This document shows positions 49,208 through 57,911 of a stretch of 64,000 nt of DNA, in pieces (position 1 is the first letter of the stretch; each line of letters opens with the position of its first letter). A program made the translations under genes and the position numbers. A model generated the notes under the pieces. That model saw only the letters and a list, made by a program, of their open reading frames with translations, did not search any database and was not told the origin of the DNA. This DNA is from Alphaproteobacteria bacterium (GTDB taxonomy: Bacteria > Desulfobacterota > Binatia > UBA12015): positions 4,537 through 68,536 of the forward strand of contig JAFMJW010000003.1 of assembly GCA_017853315.1 (NCBI GenBank), in the 5' to 3' direction.

Positions 49208-50910
49208 GGGCCTCCCGGGCGACGATCGGCCTGCTCGCGGCCCGTGCGATGGCGGTGGTCGCCCTCGTCGCACGATCGGCCGTGGCGGCCCCGGTCCCCC
49301 CGAAGGCGACGGTGAACCGCGTCGACTGGTCCACGACGCCCGGCGGGGCCCGGGTCTCCGTCCAGGTGGGCGGCGGCGAGGTGCGATGGAGCGGGGGGCG
49401 TGCGGCGGCGAGCCCGGCCGACGGCCTCCCCGAGCGGGCCTTCGTCGACGTCCGGCCGGCCGTGCTGTCGCCGTCCCTCACGCGCTCGCCGGTGTCGATC
49501 GACAAGGGGCTGCTGAAGCGGGTCCGCGTGGGACAGAACGACCCGGAGACCGTCCGGGTCGCGATCGAGCTCGCCGGGCCGGTGGTGGTGGAGATCCGGG
49601 GCGAGAAGTCGCCGCCGCGGATCGTGATCGACCTGCGCGCGAACGCGGACGCGCCGGGTGCGACGGTGTCGTCGCCGCCGGCGACGACGGGTGCGGGAGC
49701 GCGTCCGCCCGCGGCGGCGGTGGGCGCCCCGGCCGCGGTCGCACCGATCCTCCCTCGCGTGGCGAGCGAAGCCCCGACGCCGACGCGCACGCCGGGGGCC
49801 GCGACGCCGACGCCCTGGGCGCCGACCGCGACGCCGCCGTGGTCCTGGACGCCGACGCCGTGGGCGCCGACGCCCACGCCGTGGATCCCGACCCCGACGC
49901 CGACGCACTGGATCCCGACCCCGACTCCGACCCGGACCCCGTGGCTTCCGACTCCGACGTTCCCGGCTCCTGTGCTCGTCTCGCCGACTCCCGCTGCGAC
50001 TGCATGGATCCCGACCCCGACGCCGGCGGCGTGGGTGGCGACCTCGGCCACGCCGACACCGGGCGAGGGCGGCCCCCGAGACTGGCGCGACATGTACGGC
50101 GGGGTGGCGACCTCGCCCTCGCCGGTCCCGACCGCTCCCGATGCGGGCCGCGGCGAGACCCTGCTCCTACCGACCGTTCCCGAGGAGGTGGTTCCGCATC
50201 GTTCCCGCGGCCACCGCGTCGTCGTGCTCGACCCGGGGCACGGCGGCAAGGATCCCGGGGCGCAGGGCCCCTCCGCCGTCGAGGAGAAGCGCATCACGCT
50301 CGCGGTCGCCCGCCTCGCCGCGGCGCGCCTGCGCAAGCTCGACCCGAACGTCAAGGTGCTGCTCACCCGCGGCGGCGACTCCTACGTCGCCCTGAAGGAC
50401 CGGACGGCCTTCGCCAACGCGAAGGGTGCGGATCTCTTCGTCTCGATCCACGTGAACGCGGCCGAGAACGCGGACTCCTCGGGGATCGAGACCTACACGC
50501 TGAACAACAGCAACGACCGCGCGACCAAGCGGCTCGCGGCGATGGAGAACGGGCTCTCCGAGGCCGGGATCGAGCGCGACGACAAGGACCTCGCGTGGAT
50601 CGTGAGCGACCTCCTGCAGACCGGGAAGGAGGGCGAGTCGATCGTGCTCGCGGAGAGCCTGCAGCGCGAGACGGTGCGGTCGGTTCGGCGGCGGTGGTCC
50701 GATGCCGAGAGCCTCGGCGTGAAGAAGGGCCCGTTCTTCGTGCTGGTCGGCGCCTACATGCCGTGTGCGCTGATCGAGACCGGGTTCCTCACCAACTCCC
50801 GGGAGTCCGGGAGGATCGGGACCCAGCCCTACCAGGAGGCGCTGGCCGACGGGATCGCGAGGGGCATCCTCGCGTTCTTCGCCTCCGGGGAGGCCAACTC
50901 GAACCTGTGA
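49204..50910 (+). CDS. N-acetylmuramoyl-L-alanine amidase (AMIN domain + Pro/Thr/Trp linker + Amidase_3)
   Basis: Signal-like N-terminus, AMIN (RAFVDV..RVRVGQ..VRVAIEL..RIVIDL), DPGHGGKDPGA, SIHVNA, LIETGFLTN. Confidence 0.92.
   Translation: MRASRATIGLLAARAMAVVALVARSAVAAPVPPKATVNRVDWSTTPGGARVSVQVGGGEVRWSGGRAAASPADGLPERAFVDVRPAVLSPSLTRSPVSIDKGLLKRVRVGQNDPETVRVAIELAGPVVVEIRGEKSPPRIVIDLRANADAPGATVSSPPATTGAGARPPAAAVGAPAAVAPILPRVASEAPTPTRTPGAATPTPWAPTATPPWSWTPTPWAPTPTPWIPTPTPTHWIPTPTPTRTPWLPTPTFPAPVLVSPTPAATAWIPTPTPAAWVATSATPTPGEGGPRDWRDMYGGVATSPSPVPTAPDAGRGETLLLPTVPEEVVPHRSRGHRVVVLDPGHGGKDPGAQGPSAVEEKRITLAVARLAAARLRKLDPNVKVLLTRGGDSYVALKDRTAFANAKGADLFVSIHVNAAENADSSGIETYTLNNSNDRATKRLAAMENGLSEAGIERDDKDLAWIVSDLLQTGKEGESIVLAESLQRETVRSVRRRWSDAESLGVKKGPFFVLVGAYMPCALIETGFLTNSRESGRIGTQPYQEALADGIARGILAFFASGEANSNL
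49768..50063 (+). repeat. Low-complexity W-x-PTPTP coding repeat in the amidase linker
   Basis: TPTPWAPTATPPWSWTPTPWAPTPTPWIPTPTPTHWIPTPTPTRTPWLPTPT; repeated acgccg/accccg units. Confidence 0.9.
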
Positions 50911-50916
50911 GCGCCG

Positions 50917-50945
50917 CTGCAAGCGGGGGAGCGGACGGCTAGAAA
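50917..50945 (+). promoter_or_regulatory. Putative promoter of glnD
   Basis: CTGCAA-N17-TAGAAA. Confidence 0.4.
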
Positions 50946-50969
50946 CCGCTCGACGGGGGCCTGGTGGAG

Positions 50970-53741
50970 ATGGAGCGCGAAGCAGCGAACGGGGCAGGCC
51001 GGCAGGCGGCGACGGTCGCACCGGCTCCGCCCCCGGTGCCGCTTCCGGACGTCGTCCCCGGAGGGCCGGCCGTGGACGTGGACGGGGAGGCCCGGCGCTT
51101 CCTCGCGGCGTCCCGCGAGGCGATCCGGGACTGGCACGCGCGCGGCGCGGGCGGAGTGGCCCTGGTCGAGAGGAACTCCGAGGACGTCGACCGGCTGGTG
51201 CGGTTCCTCTTCGATGCGGCGACCGCGCGGTACCGCGAGCGCTACGTGCAACTCGACCAGCGCTGCGCGGTGCTGTCGCAGGGCGGCTACGGCCGCCGCG
51301 AGATGAATCCGTTCTCGGACATCGACCTGCTCTTCCTCCACCCGCACAAGGTGACGCCCTACGTCGAGACGGTCACCGAGACGATCCTCTACCAGCTCTG
51401 GGATCTCCGCTTCGAGGTCGGCCACGCGGTGCGCAGCGTGCGCGAGTGCGTGGCGCTGGCAGCGACCGACTCGCAGATCAAGACGGCGCTGATCGACGCG
51501 CGCCCGGTCTGCGGCGACGAGCAGCTCTGGCTGGACTTCGAGGCCGCTCGCGAGCGCGACATCAAGCCGCGCGGCACGGCGAAGTACGTCCGCGAGAAGC
51601 TCGACGAAGCCGAGCGCCGCCACCAGCGCTACGGCGACTCGGTCTACCTGCTCGAGCCGCAGGTGAAGGAGGGCGCCGGCGGACTGCGCGATCTCCACAC
51701 GGCGATGTGGGTCGCGAAGATCACCTTCAAGGTCGAGAGTTCCCGGGAACTGTCCGTGAAGGGAGTCCTCTCCGACGCCGAGCTCGCGGAATTCGAGAGC
51801 GCGCGCGACTTCCTGCTCCGCGTCCGGAACTCCCTGCACTTCCTCGCGGGCGGGCACCAGGACCAGCTCGTCTTCGACCTGCAGGAGACGGTGGCCGAGG
51901 ACCTGGGCTACCGCTCCCGCCCGGGCGACCCGATGAAGGGCGTCGAGCGCTTCCTGAAGGACTACTACCTGCACGCCGCGGGGGTGACGCGGATCGCGCG
52001 CTCGATCGTCGAGCGGGCGACGAACCCGTCGCGGCCCTACCGCCTCCTCGGCAGGATGCTCGCGCGGACGGTGCGACCCGGCGTCCAGGTGATCGCCGGC
52101 CAGCTCGCGGTGACCCGCAGCGAGATCGTGCGCGAGGACCCGACCGAGCTCGTGCGCCTGTTCGCGACGGCGCAGGCCCACGACGTCCCGTTCTCGCCGC
52201 GGCTCGCGGACCTGGTGCGCACGGAGGCGGGCCTCCTCGACGACGGCGTTCGGGGCGATCCGCGCATCGCGGAGAACTTCCTCTCGATCCTGCGCGCCCC
52301 GGGCCGGGTGTACGAGACCCTGCACGAGATGCACCGCCTGGGCGTTCTGACCCGCGTGATCCCGGAGTGGGAGCACCTGCGCTGCCTCGTGCTCCACGAC
52401 CAGTACCACATCTACACGGTCGACGAGCATTCGCTCCGGGGGATCCGGGAGCTCGAGAGCCTTCGCGGCGGCGATCTGGCCGAGTCGTCGCCGCTGCTCA
52501 CCCAGGCGATGCGGGACGTCGACAAGGTCGAGCTGCTGTTCCTCGGCATGATCCTGCACGACAGCGGCAAGGGGCTCGGCGGCGGCCACTCGGAGAAGGG
52601 GGCGGTCATCGCCCGCGACGTCGCCGGGCGGCTCGGGCTGAACGAGGACGAGTCGCGCGAGCTCGAGTTCCTCGTGCGCCACCACCTCGTGATGTCCCAC
52701 CTCTCGCAGCGCCGCGACATCCACGACGACAAGCTCGTGGTCGACTTCGCCCGCCGGGTCGGAAGCCCCGAGGCTCTGAAGCGCCTCTACCTCCTCACCT
52801 ACGCCGACATGCGCGCGACCGGCCCGAAGGTCTGGAACAACTGGAAGGACATGCTCCTCGCGGAGGCGTACCTCCGGGTGCAGGAGGTGTTCGCCTGCGG
52901 CTTCGAGCCCGAGGACCGGGCGGCGCGGATCGCCCGCATCCGGGAGCGGGTCCCGGCGGAGGTCGGCGCCGCACGGGGAGACGACTCCGCTCTGGAGTGC
53001 GCGGAGTTCCTCGCGGCGATGCCGGACCACTACCTCCTCACCACGCCGGAGGCGGTGCTGCCCGCGCACGCGGAGATGATCCATCGCCTGCGGGGAGGGG
53101 AGGACCCGGTCACCTCGGTCGAGCACCGGCCGCAGAACGAGTTCAGCGAATTCACCGTGGTCACGCGCGACCGCCCGGGTCTCTTCGCCACGATCACCGG
53201 CGTGCTCGCGGCGAGCGGCATGAACATCGTCGCCGCGCGGATCGCGACCTCGGACGACGGCATCGTCGTCGACGCGTTCCGGGTCTCGCACCTCGAGCGG
53301 CGAGAGATCGCGCTCGACGACGAGCGCTGGCAGAGGGCACGCGACCTGCTGGACGACGTGCTGGCCGGCAAGCGCGATCTCGCGGGCATCCTCGCCCGGG
53401 CCGAGAAGCCGGGGATCCTCGATCGCCGCAAGGCGCGCCCGATGGCGGTGCAGGTCGTGGCCGACAACGAGGTGTCCGACGCCCACACGGTGCTGGAGAT
53501 CTACGCCCGGGACCGCGTCGGCCTGCTGCACCGGATCGCGACCGCGCTGCTCGCGCTCGGCCTCGACATCCACCTCGCGCTGATCACGACGAACGTCGAC
53601 CAGGTCCTCGACGTGTTCTACGTGAACGAGGCGGACGGCCGGAAGAGCTCGCGGCTCGACGAGATCCGCGCGGTCGTGACGGCAGCGCTCGAAGAACCGG
53701 GAGCCGACGAGGCGACGGCCCCCGCGACGGTTCCCGCGTGA
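50970..53741 (+). CDS. glnD: PII uridylyltransferase/uridylyl-removing enzyme
   Basis: GGYGRREMNPFSDIDLL, EPQVKEGAGGLRDLH, YHIYTVDEHS, LHDSGKG, two ACT domains (DRPGLF, DRVGLL). Confidence 0.96.
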   Translation: MEREAANGAGRQAATVAPAPPPVPLPDVVPGGPAVDVDGEARRFLAASREAIRDWHARGAGGVALVERNSEDVDRLVRFLFDAATARYRERYVQLDQRCAVLSQGGYGRREMNPFSDIDLLFLHPHKVTPYVETVTETILYQLWDLRFEVGHAVRSVRECVALAATDSQIKTALIDARPVCGDEQLWLDFEAARERDIKPRGTAKYVREKLDEAERRHQRYGDSVYLLEPQVKEGAGGLRDLHTAMWVAKITFKVESSRELSVKGVLSDAELAEFESARDFLLRVRNSLHFLAGGHQDQLVFDLQETVAEDLGYRSRPGDPMKGVERFLKDYYLHAAGVTRIARSIVERATNPSRPYRLLGRMLARTVRPGVQVIAGQLAVTRSEIVREDPTELVRLFATAQAHDVPFSPRLADLVRTEAGLLDDGVRGDPRIAENFLSILRAPGRVYETLHEMHRLGVLTRVIPEWEHLRCLVLHDQYHIYTVDEHSLRGIRELESLRGGDLAESSPLLTQAMRDVDKVELLFLGMILHDSGKGLGGGHSEKGAVIARDVAGRLGLNEDESRELEFLVRHHLVMSHLSQRRDIHDDKLVVDFARRVGSPEALKRLYLLTYADMRATGPKVWNNWKDMLLAEAYLRVQEVFACGFEPEDRAARIARIRERVPAEVGAARGDDSALECAEFLAAMPDHYLLTTPEAVLPAHAEMIHRLRGGEDPVTSVEHRPQNEFSEFTVVTRDRPGLFATITGVLAASGMNIVAARIATSDDGIVVDAFRVSHLERREIALDDERWQRARDLLDDVLAGKRDLAGILARAEKPGILDRRKARPMAVQVVADNEVSDAHTVLEIYARDRVGLLHRIATALLALGLDIHLALITTNVDQVLDVFYVNEADGRKSSRLDEIRAVVTAALEEPGADEATAPATVPA

Positions 53742-54682
53742 GCGTCGCGACGACCATCGACCAGCTCGTCGACCGCCACCTGGCTCGGCTCCGCGGCGAG
53801 GTCGGCGTCTCGCCGCACACGGCGGCCGCCTACGGGGACGACCTCGCCCGCTTCGCGCGCTTCGCCGCGGAGTCCTTCGGCGTCACGGACGCCGCGCGGC
53901 TGTCGCGGGAGCTCGTGCTGGCGTTCCAGGCGGCGGAGGCCGCCCGGGGGATCGGGGCCCGCACGCAGGCGCGGCGGCTCTCCGCCCTGCGGGGCCTCTG
54001 CCGGTTCGCGGTCGCCGAAGGGGTCCTGCCGGAGAGCCCGCTCGCGGACCTACGCCAGCCGCGCCAGCCGAGGCGACTTCCGGGCACGCTCGGGGGCGGC
54101 GAGGTGGAGCGCCTGCTCGCGGCCTCCGACGCCGGACCGACCCCGCTGCGCGACCGGGCGCTGTTCGAGATGCTCTACGGGGCCGGGGTCCGCGTGAGCG
54201 AGGCGATCGGCCTCACCGTCGACCTGTTCCTCGCCCGGGAGCGGGCGATCCGCGTTCGCGGCAAGGGCGACAAGGAGCGGATCGTGCCGCTCGGGCGGCC
54301 GGCCTGCGCCGCCCTGGTCCGCTACCTCGAGGGCGAGCGGCCGAGGCTGCTGCGGGATTCGCGCCGCCGCGAGGTGTTCCTGTCGGCCCGCGGCACCCGG
54401 CTCACCCGGCAGGCGGTCTTCGCGCTGGTCCGGCGGGTCGCGGCCCGGGCGGGGCTCGACGCTCCCCTCTCGCCGCACGGTCTCCGGCACGCGTTCGCGA
54501 CCCACCTGGTCGAGCGGGGCGCGGACCTCCGGGTCGTGCAGTCGCTGCTCGGGCATGCGAGCATCGCCACGACGGAGGTCTACACGCACGTGAGTCGCGC
54601 CCACCTGAGTCGGATCCACGCCGCCCACCACCCGCGGGAGCGGAGCCGCCGCGCCGCGGCGTCGAGGAGGCCGCGCGCGTGA
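53738..54682 (+). CDS. xerD: Tyrosine recombinase XerD
   Basis: SPHTAAAY..DL, LRDRALFEMLYGAGVRVSE, GKGDKER, PHGLRHAFATHL..GADLR..LLGH..TTEVY. Confidence 0.88.
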   Translation: MSVATTIDQLVDRHLARLRGEVGVSPHTAAAYGDDLARFARFAAESFGVTDAARLSRELVLAFQAAEAARGIGARTQARRLSALRGLCRFAVAEGVLPESPLADLRQPRQPRRLPGTLGGGEVERLLAASDAGPTPLRDRALFEMLYGAGVRVSEAIGLTVDLFLARERAIRVRGKGDKERIVPLGRPACAALVRYLEGERPRLLRDSRRREVFLSARGTRLTRQAVFALVRRVAARAGLDAPLSPHGLRHAFATHLVERGADLRVVQSLLGHASIATTEVYTHVSRAHLSRIHAAHHPRERSRRAAASRRPRA

Positions 54683-55704
54683 GCGCCGGGCAGCCCGGGC
54701 GCCCGGGCGTGGTCGTGAGCGGCATGCGCCCCACGGGGCGGCTGCACCTCGGCCACCTGCTCGGCACGCTCCGCAACTGGGTCGCGCTGCAGGCCGACCA
54801 CCGATGCCACTTCTTCGTCGCCGACTGGCACGTGCTCACGACCGACTACGAGAAGCCCCGCGACGTGGGCGGATTCGCCGAGGAGATGGTGCTGGACTGG
54901 CTCGCCGCGGGGATCGACCCCGAGCGCTCGATCGTGTTCCGGCAGTCGGCGATCGCCGAGCACGCGGAGCTGGCGCTGCTCTTCGGGATGTTCACGCCGG
55001 TGCCGTGGCTCGAGCGCAACCCGACCTACAAGGAACAGCGCGAACAGCTCGTCGACCGCGACCTCTCGACCTACGGTTTCCTCGGCTACCCGGTCCTGCA
55101 GGCGGCGGACATCCTGCTCTACAAGGCGAACGGCGTCCCGGTCGGCGTGGACCAGGCGCCGCACGTCGAGCTCACGCGGGAGATCGCCCGGCGCTTCAAC
55201 CATCTCTACGGCGAGACCTTTCCCGAGCCGCAGGCGTTGCTGTCACCGGTGTCGAAGGTTCCGGGCACCGACGGCCGCAAGATGAGCAAGAGTTACGGCA
55301 ACGCGATCCAGCTCGACGAGGATCCCGGCCAGATCGAGGCGCGCCTCGGCCGGATGGCGACCGATCCGCGCCGTGCGCGCCGGACCGACCCGGGGGACCC
55401 GGCCGACTGCCCCGCTCATGCGCTCCACCGCGTCTACGACACCCCCGACGAACTCGAGTGGGTCGACCGCGGCTGCAAGACGGCCGGGATCGGTTGCCTC
55501 GAGTGCAAGAAGGTGATGATCCGCCACGTGGTCGAGGATCTCGAGCCCTTCCGCGAGAAGCGGCGGGAGCTCGCGGCGCGGCCGGGCTGGGTGCGCGAAG
55601 TGATCGAGGACGGAACGTCGAAGGCGCGCGCGATCGCGCGCACGACCATGGCGGAGGTGCGGTCGGCGATCGGCTTCGCCGTGCCCGGCGGAGGGGACTC
55701 GTGA
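54679..55704 (+). CDS. trpS: Tryptophan--tRNA ligase
   Basis: SGMRPTG.LHLGH, YPVLQAADIL, VPVGVDQ, KMSKS. Confidence 0.96.
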   Translation: MSAGQPGRPGVVVSGMRPTGRLHLGHLLGTLRNWVALQADHRCHFFVADWHVLTTDYEKPRDVGGFAEEMVLDWLAAGIDPERSIVFRQSAIAEHAELALLFGMFTPVPWLERNPTYKEQREQLVDRDLSTYGFLGYPVLQAADILLYKANGVPVGVDQAPHVELTREIARRFNHLYGETFPEPQALLSPVSKVPGTDGRKMSKSYGNAIQLDEDPGQIEARLGRMATDPRRARRTDPGDPADCPAHALHRVYDTPDELEWVDRGCKTAGIGCLECKKVMIRHVVEDLEPFREKRRELAARPGWVREVIEDGTSKARAIARTTMAEVRSAIGFAVPGGGDS

Positions 55705-56483
55705 GCTCGGGCCAGGGCGACGCCTGGACGGTCCGCCTCGACGCCTTCGAGGGACCGCTCGACCTGCTGCTCCACCTGATCAAGAAGCACGAGGTCGACG
55801 TCCACGAGATCCGCATCGCGGAGATCACCGACCGCTACCTCGAGTACCTGCGTGCGGCGGCCGACCTCGACCTCGACGTCGCGGGCGAGTTCCTCGTCAT
55901 GGCCGCGACGCTGATCTACCTGAAGTCGAGGGCCCTGCTGCCGCCCGAGGAGCGGGAGGAGCTGGAGGAAGAGGAGCCGCTGGACCCCGAGGCCGAGCTC
56001 GTCCGCCAGCTGATCGAGCACGCCCGCTTCAAGGAAGTCGCGAGCGCGCTCGCCGTGCGCCCGGTCCTCGGCCGCGACGTGTTCGCGCGCCCGGTCGCCG
56101 AGCCGACTCCCGGCGAGCACGTGGTCCCGCTGCGGCCGGTCACGGCCGGCGAGCTCCTCTCGGCGCTCGAGAAGCTGCTCGCCCGACGGGCGACGACCGC
56201 CGTCCACCGGGTGCAGGGCGAGAAGCTCGACATCCGCGACGGGCTGCGCATGGTGCTCGCGTACCTGCGGCTCGTGCCGCGCGCGCGCTTCGACGACCTG
56301 TTTCCCGAGGAGGCCTCGCGGATGCAGATCGTCGTGATCTTCATCGCGCTGCTCGAACTCGTGAAGAACGGGGCCGTCGCCGCGGCGCAGGACGCGACCT
56401 GCGGCGCCATCGAGATCGCGCTGGTCCACGACGTGGACCCCGAGAAGCTGCTGGAAGCCGCGGCGGGGGAGGGGACGCCTTGA
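55701..56483 (+). CDS. scpA: Segregation and condensation protein A
   Basis: FEGPLDLLLHLI, GEFLVMAATLIYLKSR.LLP, FIALLELVK. Confidence 0.94.
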   Translation: MSSGQGDAWTVRLDAFEGPLDLLLHLIKKHEVDVHEIRIAEITDRYLEYLRAAADLDLDVAGEFLVMAATLIYLKSRALLPPEEREELEEEEPLDPEAELVRQLIEHARFKEVASALAVRPVLGRDVFARPVAEPTPGEHVVPLRPVTAGELLSALEKLLARRATTAVHRVQGEKLDIRDGLRMVLAYLRLVPRARFDDLFPEEASRMQIVVIFIALLELVKNGAVAAAQDATCGAIEIALVHDVDPEKLLEAAAGEGTP

Positions 56484-57253
56484 GCGCGCAGGACGAAGAG
56501 CCGGTCGGCGAAGAAGAAGGAGTCGAGGCGCAGGGGGAAGCGATCGAGGGGGCCCCGCCGCTCGAGACCATCCTCGAGGCGGTCCTGTTCGCGTCGGCCG
56601 AGCCGATCCAGACGCTGCGCCTGGTGCGGCTCTTCCATGCCTGGCCGCGCGGCGCCGTGTCCGAGGCGCTCGGCGCGCTCGCGCGCCGTCTCGCCGAGGA
56701 CGGGCGGGGACTTCGGCTGCTCGAGAGCGCGGGCGGCTGGCAGCTGCGCTCGGCGCCCGAGTGCGCGGCCTGGGTGCGGCGGTTCTTCACCGACAAGCCG
56801 CCGCGGCTTTCGCGCGCGATGCTCGAGACGGTCGCGGTGATCGCCTACCGGCAGCCGGTGACCCGCGGCGAGATCGAGGCGGTGCGCGGCGTGAACTGCG
56901 ACGCGGTTCTGAACGCACTGCTCGCGCGCTCGCTCGTGCGCGTGTGCGGCCGCAGGCCGACGCCGGGGCGGCCGGTCGAGTACGGCACGACCGAGGAGTT
57001 CCTCGATCTCTTCAGCCTGCGCGACCTGACCGAGCTGCCGCCGCTGCCCGACCCGATGGCGCTGGCCGAGCTCGTCGAGGCGGCCGAGGAATCCGGGGAG
57101 GAGGCCGGCGACGATGGCGGAGAAGACGGAGAGGCTGCAGAAGCTGCTGAGCCAGTCGGGGATCGCCTCGCGCAGGGCGGCGGAGGACCTGATCCGGGAG
57201 GGGCGGGTCCAGGTGAACGGGAAGACGGTCCGGGAGCTGGGGACGAAGGCTGA
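56480..57253 (+). CDS. scpB: Segregation and condensation protein B
   Basis: LEAVLFAS, GGWQL, LETVAVIAYRQPVTRGEIEAVRGV, GRPVEYGTTEEFLDLF. Confidence 0.94.
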   Translation: MSAQDEEPVGEEEGVEAQGEAIEGAPPLETILEAVLFASAEPIQTLRLVRLFHAWPRGAVSEALGALARRLAEDGRGLRLLESAGGWQLRSAPECAAWVRRFFTDKPPRLSRAMLETVAVIAYRQPVTRGEIEAVRGVNCDAVLNALLARSLVRVCGRRPTPGRPVEYGTTEEFLDLFSLRDLTELPPLPDPMALAELVEAAEESGEEAGDDGGEDGEAAEAAEPVGDRLAQGGGGPDPGGAGPGEREDGPGAGDEG

Positions 57254-57911
57254 CCCGACCCGCGACCGCGTCACGATCGACGGCCGCCCGGTGCGGCCGG
57301 GGCGACTCCGCTACCTCGCCTTCCACAAGCCCGTCGGCATGGTCTGCTCGATGGCCGATCCCGAGGGACGGCCCTCGATCGGCGACGTGGTGCGCGAGAT
57401 GCGCGAGCACGTCTTCCCGGTGGGGCGGCTCGACTGGGAGTCGAGCGGGCTCGTGCTGCTGACCAACGACGGGGACCTGGCGCAGCGTCTCACCCACCCG
57501 CGCTACGGCGTCGAGAAGGTGTACCGCGTGAAGGTGCGTGGTCTTCCCGACGAGGAGGCGCTCGCTCGCCTGCGGCGCGGGGTGCGCCTCGCCGACGGCC
57601 CGACCGCGCCGGCGGAGGTGGTCGTCGAGCGACGGCTCGACCGCAAGATGCGGCTCCGCATCACGGTGCGCGAGGGGCGCAACCGGCTCGTGCGCCGCAT
57701 GTGCGAGGCGATCGGGACCCCGGTCGACCGGCTCTCTCGGGAGGCGATCGGGACGCTGCGCCTCGGCTCGCTGCGCGCGGGGGAAGTCCGCGAGTTGACC
57801 GACGGCGAGGTCCTGGCGCTGCGGCGGGCGACCCGGCTGGAGCGCGCGCGAAGCGCGCGACCGGTCGCGGGCGAGGCGGCGAGCCCGCAGCGCCGCAGGG
57901 CGCGCGCCTAG
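57114..57911 (+). CDS. rluB: rRNA pseudouridine synthase (RluB/RsuA family)
   Basis: S4 domain ERLQKLLSQSGIASRR, FPVGRLD, LLTNDG, EGRNRLVRRM; SD GGAGGAGG. Confidence 0.9.
   Translation: MAEKTERLQKLLSQSGIASRRAAEDLIREGRVQVNGKTVRELGTKADPTRDRVTIDGRPVRPGRLRYLAFHKPVGMVCSMADPEGRPSIGDVVREMREHVFPVGRLDWESSGLVLLTNDGDLAQRLTHPRYGVEKVYRVKVRGLPDEEALARLRRGVRLADGPTAPAEVVVERRLDRKMRLRITVREGRNRLVRRMCEAIGTPVDRLSREAIGTLRLGSLRAGEVRELTDGEVLALRRATRLERARSARPVAGEAASPQRRRARA

Noticed and set aside
43325..49273. 1982-aa minus-strand ORF and other long antisense or alternate-frame ORFs (e.g. 3790-6645, 39897-43157, 50829-53573)
   Set aside because: They shadow well-supported genes, are R/A/G/P-rich and motif-free; expected from stop-codon scarcity at very high GC
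49768..50063. Repetitive DNA as a possible CRISPR array
   Set aside because: In-frame coding PT repeats, no repeat-spacer structure and no cas genes
53738..54682. Tyrosine recombinase as a possible integrase or island marker
   Set aside because: XerD-type sequence, translationally coupled within glnD-xerD-trpS-scpAB; no att repeats, tRNA or cargo genes
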